From assembly GCA_964016885.1 (NCBI GenBank), contig OZ024743.1, forward strand, positions 343,356,001 to 343,420,000: a DNA stretch of 64,000 bases, given 5' to 3'. The notes under the pieces are model-generated. The model made no database searches. It was given only the letters and a program-made list of their open reading frames with translations, and was not told the origin of the DNA. Source of the DNA: Eledone cirrhosa (Eukaryota). Shown here piece after piece: positions 14,648 through 24,716 of the stretch (its first letter is position 1; each line of letters begins with the position of its first letter). The translations under genes and the position numbers were made by a program.

Positions 14648-15366
14648 TATATATATATACACACATATATATATATATATACATATACACACATATATAT
14701 ATATATATACATATACACACATATATATATATATATACACACATATATATATATATACACACATATATATATATATATACATATACACACATATATATAT
14801 ATATATATACATATACACACATATATATATATATACATATACACACATATATATATATATACATATACACACATATATATATATATACATATACACACAT
14901 ATATATATATATACATATACACACATATATATATATATATACATATACACACATATATATATATATATACATATACACACATATATATATATACATATAC
15001 ACACATATATATATATACATATACACATATATATATATATATATACATATACACATATATATATACATATACACACACATATATATATATACATATACAC
15101 ACACATATATATATATATACATATACACACACATATATATATATACATATACACACACATATATATATATACATATACACACATATATACTTACACATAC
15201 GTATACACTTATACATATATATACATATATATATATACACATATACACATACATATATACATATACACATACATATATACATATACACATACATATATAC
15301 ATACACACATACATATATACATACACACATAGATATATACATACGCATATATACATACACATATAT
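10231..15366. repeat. ~5.1-kb (TA)n/(CA)n compound satellite with 26-28-bp higher-order units
   Basis: Unit CATATA-CACACACA-TATATATATATATA (28 bp) recurs regularly around 12700-13650; a 26-bp variant occurs around 11970-12200 and 14330-14900. Confidence 0.97.
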
Positions 15367-15367
15367 A

Positions 15368-15459
15368 CAGAGTGTCCCCCAAAAAATGTATACATACTGT
15401 GATTACCTGTACAGGCAATATTTATAAGAACGGTGCATACATTTTTTGAAGACACCCTG
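15368..15459. mobile_element. 92-bp Tc1/mariner-type MITE
   Basis: TA|CAGAGTGTCCCCCAAAAAATGTATACA ... TGCATACATTTTTTGAAGACACCCTG|TA: imperfect TIRs with a TA target duplication. Confidence 0.8.
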
Positions 15460-16586
15460 TATATATATACATATATATGTCCAGCTCAACCTTTGTCACA
15501 GTTAAAATGAAACACTAAATGAACAATTCCAGTTTTCACTCTCTCACTGGGACACAAATAAATAACTAAACCACTGGAATGTTTCAACATCACATAGTAA
15601 AATGCCAACCATCAATCACAGAGAGATAAAAGAAACTACTGTAATAGCTTCTACTGAGTGGGTGGCGAAAAAAAAACAACTCAACAAGAAGCCCAGGTAG
15701 ATTTTCCTACAAATATACAAAACCCCCAAGTTAAACCACTACAATTGTGAGCCAACAATGAAAGCCTCCAAGTAGTCACTCAACCTGTTAGAAATAGCAG
15801 CCAAATCTTGCTCAAAATCACACCTGCTGTCTCCATTCAGTACACAGGTTTATCTGTCTGGTCTGTTGTCAATTGTTCATATTTTATCATGTCTGGTACA
15901 TCTGTTTGCTTTCTTATCTATTGAGAAGTTTCTTCTCCTTTCTAGCGAGTCTAAATATTCATGTCTATATTCTGTCATTTTAAGCTTCTGTTCCATTTTT
16001 TTTAATCATCAACCATATATTTGCTCCATAATTTTTATTCTTTTAATATGATATACTGTCCAAACATTCTGCGCTTTCAGGCATAGCAATCTCACTTTTT
16101 ATGACTCCTACAAACTATTCAAGATAAATATAAATTATTAGTTGTTGTTATAGTATCATGGTTGACTTTAATGTATTCCCTTGTTTTATGTATTCACTTG
16201 TATTAATGTATTCACTTGCTTTAAACATGACTTGCATTTTCTTCATATTCATTTTTAGTCCTACCTAGTTGCTTTTGTTCTTCACATTATTAAACATATT
16301 TTCCAGTTCATGAGCATCATTTGAGAAGAGGATTGTCATCAACAAAGTGTAAATTACTAAACAATTCACCATTTATGTTTATTCATTTTTCATTCCAATT
16401 AAATTTTTTAAAAGATGCTTTGCAAGGTAGCAATAACCCTTTTTGATACCAACCCAAATGAAATTACCCTTGGTTCTAATGAAAAAAAAAAAAAATTGTT
16501 TTAAAGTATTCATGTTTAAACTTTTCATTATAATTTTTTTGTAAGAACCTTTTCTTAATCTATATTCCAAACATAAATTTAATAAG

Positions 16587-16779
16587 GGGGCGGTGGATTG
16601 GAGTATCAGTAGAGAGTCTGACGCCATGCTTTGCAGCAAAGAGTTACGGCCCTTTATGGTCCGAGTACAAATCCTGCCAAGGTTTACTTTGCCTTTCATC
16701 CTTACGGGGGTCGATAAAATAAAGTACCAGTAATACACTGGGATAATTGCTGGCCTTGTGCCAAAAGTAGAAACAATTA
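16587..16779 (+). mobile_element. tRNA-related SINE (octopus OK-like family, Deu/Nin-like central domain)
   Basis: GGCGGTGGATTGG head, B-box-like GAGTACAAATCC, core CTTTGCCTTTCATCCTTACGGGGGTCGATAAAATAAAGTACCAG, tail GTAGAAACAATT. Many copies in the window. The family name is from recall. Confidence 0.8.
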
Positions 16780-17016
16780 ATTTAATAAGGAGAACATTAG
16801 TTATTTTACTAGAACCCTCCAAATTCTTGATAATTCTTCTAATTAAAATACATAGGCAGTAAATTTCATTAAAAATATGGTAGCAAAAGGGTTAAAGCAG
16901 TGATATTATATCCCCTTGTCTTACTCCTCTTTCAATACTGATCTTTTTGTTTTTAATGTGAGGATGTTTACTGGCTATAGATTTTCTTAGTTTGTATATA
17001 AATTTGATGTATTCCC

Positions 17017-17202
17017 TTAATCTTTTAGCATTTAAACCAGCTGTATCCGACCATAATTCTCTCACCTCTTCCTGGTCAAACCGGTCATAACTGGCTGCTC
17101 ATACTGATGTTACGGTATTGTTCTCAAAATAAATAATATCAAAATCTCAAAGATTCGATATTATGTGAGATAAAGCTTTTACTTCGAAAATACAACAGTA
17201 TA
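17017..17202 (+). mobile_element. piggyBac-type MITE, partial (right TIR lost)
   Basis: TTAA-TCTTTTAGCATTTAAACCAG start; body matches 30226-30431. Confidence 0.7.
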
Positions 17203-17329
17203 ATAAGAAGAGCTTCAAGCACAGCTGAGATTTCAAAACTATCAAAGACTTTCTCATAATTAATAAAGCCTAAACAAAATGGTTGTCTATATTCTCAATG
17301 TTTTTGAATAACTTATTTTGTTCACAACC

Positions 17330-17520
17330 CCATAGTAAGAAAAGAAAATGAAGGTGGGCAGAGCATATGGCAAAAGATGGACAAAGCTGCGTACAGAATA
17401 GAGATAAATACATTTGGGGACATTACACAATTGAGAGTGGCACAGGATAGGAACAACTGGCATTGGCTTGGGAAGGCCTTCACCTTGTAAAGGATAGATA
17501 ATGTCTGAGAATGATGATGT
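17330..17520 (+). mobile_element. Degraded 3' end of a different RTE family with an (ATG)n tail
   Basis: Decayed RW-x-x-H and A-x-DR-x-x-W-like motifs followed by ATGATGATG. Confidence 0.5.
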
Positions 17521-17529
17521 ATATGTATA

Positions 17530-17775
17530 GAGAAGGCAGACATACAGACAGACAGATAGACATACAGAGAGAGAGACAGAGAGAAACAGACATACAGAAA
17601 GACAAAGACTGACAGACATACACACAGAAAGACAAAGACAAACAGGCATAGAGAAAGACAGAGGCAGGCAGGTATACAGAAAAACAGAAACAGAAATACA
17701 GACTGACAGAGAGAGACAAACAAAGAGACAGGCAGAGACAGAGCGAGACAGACAAAAAGACAGACAGACAGAGCA
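17530..17775. repeat. Degenerate (GACA)n/(GA)n microsatellite
   Basis: Directly visible. Confidence 0.9.
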
Positions 17776-18057
17776 AGAAAGATCAGATCTATTAGAAGTT
17801 TCTGAAACTTCATGAAAATTAGGACACAAAATGCTAATATAGCAACTACTGAAATACATATTTGAAAGAATGACAATGAAAGATTGAATGCCTGGAAATT
17901 AACACATAAGCTAGTATAGCAAACTACTTGGATAACTTTGTGAAAAAATGAATAATGAAACTAAAGAATGATAGGATTGACTAACTAAAGGAACAAACGA
18001 TGAAGTGGTAGTGTAAGAAGAGGAAGGAAGTAACAGCTAAGCCTATAATTAAATGAA

Positions 18058-18092
<35 letters not shown>

Positions 18093-18358
18093 ATGGCTGA
18101 ATAATCAAAAGAGGAAATATAGAATGTAAAATGAAGATTATAAGACTTAAATTACCAATTTTGGAACAGTATTGGCATATGTTATTTCCCAAGCTGAAAA
18201 TCTGAATACAAAGAAGCTGAGAGAAAATACTATAGGGATTTGATAGGATCTTAACTATGTTCAATGGATAAGAGAGATTTTTTTTTAATATAAGAAATAA
18301 AATAAGATAGATTCACATTATTACATACACACAAATACATACAAATATATAGATACAT

Positions 18359-20409
18359 AGTAACTATAGAGGCATTAAATTAATCGACCAGGTCATGAAG
18401 GTCACGGAAAAAGTAATAGCGCAACTAATCAGAGAGAGAATTGATCTAGATGAAATGCAGTTCGGGTTTGTGTCAGGCAAAAGTACGACAGACGCTCTTT
18501 TCATTGTACGACAACTACAGGAGAAGTACCTAACTAAAAGTAAACCCCTATACTTAGCTTTCGTCGACTTGGAGAAAGCCTTCGACAGAGTCCCCCGTTC
18601 CATTATCTGGTGGTCTCTTAGAAAACTAGGTGTTGACGAATGGCTTGTGAGAGCTATACAAGCCATGTATAAAGAAACAGTCAGTAAGGTTAGAATTAAC
18701 AACGAATATAGTGAAGAGTTTAGCGTAAAAGTTGGTGTCCATCAGGGCTCTGTTCTTAGCCCCCTACTATTTATTATTGCCCTTCAGGCTATAACAGAGG
18801 AGTTCAAGACTGGCTGCCCATGGGAACTCCTATACGCAGATGATCTAACGCTCATAGCTGAATCAATGACCGAACTAGAGAAGAAATTCCAAACGTGGAA
18901 GCACGGCCTAGAATCAAAAGGCCTTAAAATTAACCTGGCTAAGACTAAAGTTCTAGTTTGTAGGAAATAAAATAAGGCGGCGGTCCCATCGGGGAAATGG
19001 CCATGCTCAGTGTGTAGGAAAGGCGTAGGTAGAAACTCCATTTTATGTCCCAAATGCAAAGTATGGGTGCATAAAAGATGTAGTGGGATCACAGGTAAGC
19101 TAACTAAGAACATAGATTTTACATGTGGCCGGTGCTCTGGTGCAATAAGTAGCAGCAAGTGCCCACAAAATACTAGCTCCTTCAACTGCGCAGAGGGTTC
19201 TATAGAAATAGTGGACAGCTTCCGTTATCTGGGTGACAAAATCAGCAGTGGGGGAGGGTGCTCTGAAAGTACAGTAGCTAGAGTCAGAACTGGATGGAAA
19301 AAGTTCAGAGAGCTTATACCACTATTAGCCGCTAGAGGGTTCTCCCTAAAAATGAAAGGCAGGTTATAAGATGCCTGCATACGAACAGCAATGCTGCATG
19401 GCAGTGAGACCTGGGCATTGTGTGCAGAGGATATACGCAGACTAGAGAGGAACGAAGCTTGCATGCTCCGCTGGATGTGCAATAGTAATATACGTGAACG
19501 GCAAAGCATAAACGAACTAAGGAAAAAATTAGAAATAAGAGGGATCAGATGTTGTTTACTCGAGAGAAGGCTACGTTGGTACGGTCACGTGATGCGCATG
19601 AAAGACGACAGCTGTATAACAAAGTGCAGGGCAATAAAGATAGACGGTAGCCACGGAGTAGGCAGACCCAGAAAAACATGGGACGAGCTGATAAATTCCG
19701 ACCTCACACGCTTACACCTCTCCAAGACAATGTCACTGGACCGAGACCTTTGGCGGTACTCAGTAATAGAGAAGACCCGCCTTACCTAAATACAAAGTAA
19801 AAACCTACTACAGTCAGTAGGCATCTCTATCAAAACACACCCCCGTCCCACCACCTCCACCCCACCCACACCGCCCCTTTCAATGTAAAGTTATGTTGGT
19901 CCCACAACATCCAGGCCGAAACAAATGAGATCGTGTAGGTGTCACGACAAAAAACACACAGTCCACGCTGTAAATGTGGCCGTGTAGGCAACACGGTAAA
20001 AACCTCCCAGCCCCACACTGTAAATGTGGTTGGTGTTAGGAAGGGCATCCAGCTGTAGAAAACCCGCCAGACAGTCCACGCTGTAATGTGGCCGTGTAGG
20101 CAACACGGTAAAAACCTCCCAGCCCCACACTGTAAATGTGGTTGGTGTTAGGAAGGGCATCCAGCTGTAGAAAACCCGCCAGACAGTCCACGCTGTAATG
20201 TGGCCGTGTAGGCAACACGGTAAAAACCTCCCAGCCCCACACTGTAAATGTGGTTGGTGTTAGGAAGGGCATCCAACTGTAGAAAACCCGCCAGACAGTC
20301 CTATGCGAGCAAGACAACCACTCTTGCCTCAAGTGGGAAAACCCCCGTCCAAACCCATGCAAGCGTGGAACACGGACGCTAAACCGGATGATGATGATGA
20401 TGATGATGA
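18359..20409 (+). mobile_element. RTE-clade LINE, 5'-truncated 3' half (RT, PHD insert, C-terminus, 3' UTR, (GAT)n tail); same family as 5301-7770
   Basis: ORFs 18395-18970, 19010-19369 and 19391-19789 share one frame broken by two TAA stops. Motifs: YADD, NLAKTK, FRYLG, MLHGSETW, RLRWYGHVMR, GRPRKTW, DRDLWR. 18359-18886 is the near-identical reverse complement of 5301-5829. Confidence 0.93.
19958..20302 (+). repeat. Three tandem ~112-bp units in the RTE 3' UTR
   Basis: ACAGTCCACGCTGTAATGTGGCCGTGTAGGCAACACGG...GGAAGGGCATCCAGCTGTAGAAAACCCGCCAG repeated three times; the derived ORFs are offset by 112 bp. Confidence 0.92.
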
Positions 20410-20537
20410 CATACATAGATACTCAGAGATTGAGGTGGCAACAGAAAGGTCTAATTTAAAATCATTGGTCATTTGTCACATACATACATATACATACATA
20501 CTTATACATATATATATACATACATACTTATACATAT

Positions 20538-21134
20538 GGTGGCTGCCAACTCATTTTCGAGTTCGGCCACTACTTTATATCCATGTAGGAGAACCCCTAC
20601 CGATGCGCTGAACAAGTGTGACTTTTTAGTCCAGCCAGCGACTTGAAAACTCTGGTACAAACACTACACTTGTGACAATTATTGACACATAGTGCTGGGC
20701 CCATGGTACCATGTGATGACAAGTGCAGAGAGATCTCCAGATATAAAGCAATGCCTGTGCTGTGAAGCTTTTATAGTGAGCAAAGGCACTACACAAAGCC
20801 AGTCCCACTCTCTTAACCAAGATGATATTTACCAAAAAGAAGAACAAGTGAACATCATTGGATACCATCAGGGTTGCAGGTGTTATATCAGAGTTTTCCT
20901 TCTAGAATTCTGCCTTGACAAAGACTAAGGGGTCATCTCTCCCGGTGATTTTGGATGGCCATTGACTCTTAAGAGCTCCTTTGCCCTCTGACAGGTTTTG
21001 TTTTTAGTCCTGCAGGATGTCCAAAGTCACCCTCCTCACCAAGAAACCTTGGTGGGGTTGCCAGTTTAGTCGCCAACGACCCGACCATGAGACAGGTTGC
21101 ACTGGGATACATGTTACCAGTAGCACCAACTGGT
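20538..21134 (-). mobile_element. ~590-bp microsatellite-embedded element, copy 3 (slightly 5'-truncated)
   Basis: Matches copies 1 and 2; flanked by (TACA)n on both sides. Confidence 0.85.
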
Positions 21135-21197
21135 ATACATACATACATACATACATGTGTGTGTGATATATACATACATGTGTGTGTGCGTGTGTGT

Positions 21198-21392
21198 ATC
21201 ATCATCATCATTTAATGTCTATCTTCCATGCTAGCATGGGTTAGACGGTTTTGTCCCATTTAAGGCAAGTTTGGTCGGGTGACCGAGTCTCGCTCGTATA
21301 GAACTGTTTTGGGCTGGTTTTCTACGGCTGGATGCCCTTCCTAACCCCAACCACTTTACCTTGTGGTCTGGGTGCTTTTTGTCACGACACCT
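21198..21392 (-). mobile_element. RTE/SINE 3'-tail fragment
   Basis: (CAT)n followed by ...GGCTGGATGCCCTTCCTAAC..., the reverse complement of the RTE 3' UTR motif. Confidence 0.75.
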
Positions 21393-21675
21393 AAAATATA
21401 TAAATATATGTATATATATATCTATATCCAAAATTAAGATAAATCAAATGAATTTAATCTAAATCAAAATTATGGGGGTCATGCCAGAAAGACATGCGCC
21501 ATATCACCCGCAGGGAAGATTAATCATATTATAAGGTATCTATTTTTGAAGTTCTGGTCAACTTTATTTAGTTACTACCTAGCTATGTGTGCTTACACTC
21601 TTGTAAAAATTATCTCCTGTGATTATTCATGTTTATTTATATGTTAATCAATTTCTAGTTATTATATGCTTTCCA

Positions 21676-21817
21676 GCATAGTTACGTCCCTTTATGATCT
21701 GAGTTCAAATCTCGCCGAGGTTGACTTTGCCTTTCATCCTTACAGGGGTCGATAAAATAAAGTACCAGTAATACACTGGGTAATTGCTGGCCTTGTGCCT
21801 AAAGTAGAAACAATTAT
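21676..21817 (+). mobile_element. OK-like SINE, 5'-truncated
   Basis: GAGTTCAAATCTCGCCGAGGTTGACTTTGCCTTTCATCC...GTAGAAACAATT. Confidence 0.8.
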
Positions 21818-21818
21818 A

Positions 21819-22152
21819 GGCACATGGCTTAGTGGTTAGAGCATTGGCCTTGCAATCGAAAGGTTGTGAGTTCAATTCTCAGACCGGGTGATGTGTTGTT
21901 TCCTTGAGCAAGACACTTTATTTCACATTGCTCCAGTTTACTCAGCTGTAGAAATGAGATGATAGGGTCTGGGGTCCATATCATTCCACTGCAAAGTGGT
22001 CGTGGAGGTGCCACGGCAAAAAAGCACCCAGCACTCACTGTAAATGAGGTTGGTGTTAGGAAGGGCATCCAGCTGTAGAAACCAAGCCAGAATCAGTTCC
22101 CGTCCCACCCTTGCAAGCAGGGAAAAGCGGACGTAAAAATGAAATGATGATG
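21819..22152 (+). mobile_element. tRNA-derived SINE with a CORE-like domain and an RTE-type 3' tail
   Basis: A box TGGCTTAGTGG, B box GAGTTCAATTC, CCTTGAGCAAGACACTT core, tail shared with the RTE 3' UTR, (GAT)n end. An inverted copy lies at 40064-40396. Confidence 0.88.
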
Positions 22153-22188
<36 letters not shown>

Positions 22189-22529
22189 AAGTATACATAC
22201 ACACGCACTAGTGGAAGTAGAGGATCTACTGCAAGCTCAGTAGTTTTAGCTAGTTAGAGCTCTTGCCAAAATCAGGCAAATTTTTCGAATTTAAGGAAAT
22301 GAGAAAGGAGAGGGAAGGGGAAGAGGAAGAAAGAATGGGGAGGAAAAGGGGAGACAGGATATTAGAGAAGAAAGCAGAAAAAAGAAAAAAAGATAAATAA
22401 GATACACAGATAAACAAGACTACATGGCAAGAGGCACTATCGAGTGGGAGTATGGGTAGGGTCACTAATACACCCACTCTGCATCCTACCATGTATTGAG
22501 TACTTCTTTGATATGTGGTTTTCCCAGTC

Positions 22530-22710
22530 ACTGTACCACAGAGGACTGAATACACACGTTTTTTTTCCTCATTTTCCCCCGTTCCTTCCCTTCATCACTC
22601 TTTACTTTCTATTTATCTTCTATTTCTAAATATCTTTTGATGAAGGTCTAGCGTCTGAAACGTTAAGACTCTCTTCCTGCTATTTCAAGCGTTAAACTGA
22701 TATATTTCTT
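22530..22710 (+). mobile_element. Penelope-like element 3' remnant with a degenerate minimal hammerhead motif
   Basis: SLYHRGLN resembles the PLE C-terminal TLxPxGLN motif. It is followed by a pyrimidine-rich UTR and TTGATGAAGGTCTAGCGTCTGAAACGTTAAGA. The downstream CAAGCGTTAAACT segment recurs inverted at ~46885 and ~52785. Confidence 0.6.
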
Positions 22711-22810
22711 CCATCTACTGTGCCATTTGTTTTGATATTACTTTTACACACACACACACACACATACACACGTATGTACGTACGTACGTACGTACGTACG
22801 TATGTATGTA

Positions 22811-22860
22811 TAGCTACTGGTCTTCTACAACCCTGCATCTCTCTGGAAGACCAGTAGCTA
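22811..22860. repeat. 50-bp hairpin with perfect 15-bp terminal inverted repeats (micro-MITE-like)
   Basis: TAGCTACTGGTCTTC ... GAAGACCAGTAGCTA. Confidence 0.8.
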
Positions 22861-22948
22861 TCCATATATACAAATCTCTCCTCTCCATGCCATTAATATT
22901 GTCCCAGAGAAAGTCATGGGTTGATACAACTTGGCATCAGTGACGTCG

Positions 22949-23177
22949 CAGGTGCAAATAGCTTCATAGAATAAAGGGATGAAAGAGATATTGCAGGACA
23001 TAAGCTCTAGTACTTTAATAATTCCATCAATCCACCCTGAACTGGTACTTTATTAACCCTGAAAGATGGTTTCAGGGTCAATAAAGTACCAGTTCAGGGT
23101 GGATCGATTAGAGTACTAGAGCTTATGCCTTGCAATATCTCTTTCATCCCTTTGTTTTATGAAGTTATTTGCACCTG
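22949..23177. repeat. ~230-bp fold-back palindrome with a 5-nt spacer
   Basis: CAGGTGCAAATAGCTTCATAG...ACCCTGAAA gatgg TTTCAGGGT...TATGAAGTTATTTGCACCTG. Confidence 0.9.
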
Positions 23178-23465
23178 GGTCTCTTGCCAGTTGGTTTTGC
23201 CCGTAAAATATGTCCAGCGATTCTTTCCTGAGACATTCTAACCACATGCCCATAGTATCGGCGCTTTGATCTTTCAATTCGGAGAAGTAGTGGCTATACC
23301 TGGAGTTACCCTCTGATCTCTGAGCTACGCACTATCGAGTAATGTTACTTCAAAGGCCCTTCAGAGGAACCCCATTTCAGCCGCTTGTATCCACGATCGT
23401 ATTCTTTCGGTCATTACCTAAGATTCATGACCATAGGTAAGAGTTGGCACGAATACTGAAATATT
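23178..23465 (-). mobile_element. Fragment of a Rex3/Expander-like RTE C-terminus
   Basis: Minus strand translates VFVPTLTYGHES*VMTERIRSWIQAAEMGFL ... AKPTGKRPR. Confidence 0.75.
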
Positions 23466-23996
23466 ATTGTGTAATATTTAATGGAATGCTCTAACTCTGT
23501 CAATTCGACATGTAGATATATATATATACACACATTTGGGTGGGCACCAACAGAAGTACAAGTAATTATGTAGTATATACATTATTTTTTCATCACATTT
23601 TCTTTGATCTTAATTACATGGTCCTAATGGAAAAGTGAATCAATTTTTTCTCATGGACAGTTTTATGTAATTCTAGAGCAGATATGCTCACATCTTGACA
23701 CACAAAGATAAAAAATAATAGATAACTATTAAACTTTAAGATGTGACAAGTGTATATAAGAAAGAAAACAGTTTTTAAACATGTTCGCTCCTAAAACTGA
23801 ACCTTTAAGTACTAATCATATGGACTTTACACCCAAGAATCAAATGTTTCAGAAAAAATACAATTTCAAAAGAAATTGTGTATTGCTTGGTTTTTTTATA
23901 AACATCCAATAATTTTATAGTTTTCAAAATAACTGGAAATTCCAAGGAGACTGCTAGTATATGTATAATATTCATAAATTTATCCTTGTGTATATA

Positions 23997-24164
23997 CCGT
24001 ATTTCCTGGAGCCGAAGACGCTTTGTCCTTGAGGAGGCACCCTAATTTTAACAACCAAAAATTTGAAAAAAAATAATAAACAACCTTCGGCCTCCAGGAC
24101 GCATGGTAAATTTTTTAGACTTATTTTAGGAAAAAAGTAGTGTCTTCAACGCCGGGAAATATGG
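23997..24164. mobile_element. pogo/Tc1-type MITE
   Basis: TA|CCGTATTTCCTGGAGCCGAAGAC ... GTCTTCAACGCCGGGAAATATGG|TA. Confidence 0.78.
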
Positions 24165-24716
24165 TAGATATATTTACATAAACACAAACACATATCTAAG
24201 GTCTCTTTTTTTTTTGTCTATAATACACTCCAACACATACACATACGTAAGTACGTATGTATGTATGTGTTTGTACATATGTATGTTTGTATGTACATGT
24301 ATGTATGTGTATATGTACATGTACGTATGCATAAGCACAGAGAACAATGTTTCCCAGAGTTCACAGTACTGAGCAATTAAATGATAATTAAAAACAGAAA
24401 CACACTCAATTGACCTTCAGCCCAAACTCTAAAACTTTCCATATTTGGAGTAAAAAAAAAGAAAAAGAAATTATTTACACTAAGCATGGCATTGATTCAT
24501 TTGACAAACATAAGGGTTATTTTTTTTATTTTGATAAGGGACAAAGAGGAGATAGAATTAATTGATTCACTCTAAGTATAGTACACTGCTGCACTATCTT
24601 GGGGAAGTGACTTTGCTCAGTGTGTAAGAATGGCATGAGGAGACAATACTGTGTGTACTCACCGTAAACTAGGATTTCAAATATGATAGATGTACTAGAA
24701 TAGTTAGTGATGAATA

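Noticed and set aside
7771-15455. ORFs of 400-1660 aa rich in I/Y/M/C/V, including the N-terminal half of ORF 5566-9582
   Set aside because: They are translations of stop-free TA/CA microsatellite, not proteins.
19958-20302. CRISPR-like array
   Set aside because: The units are fully identical tandem duplications without unique spacers, the context is a eukaryotic LINE 3' UTR, and there are no cas genes.
21819-21895. tRNA gene
   Set aside because: The A/B boxes belong to multi-copy SINE heads that continue into core and tail sequence; there is no proper acceptor stem or terminator.
22001-22050. Resemblance of the CGTGG-loop-CCACG-AAA module to pistol ribozyme P1
   Set aside because: P2 and the GU cleavage junction are absent; retained only as a generic pseudoknot.
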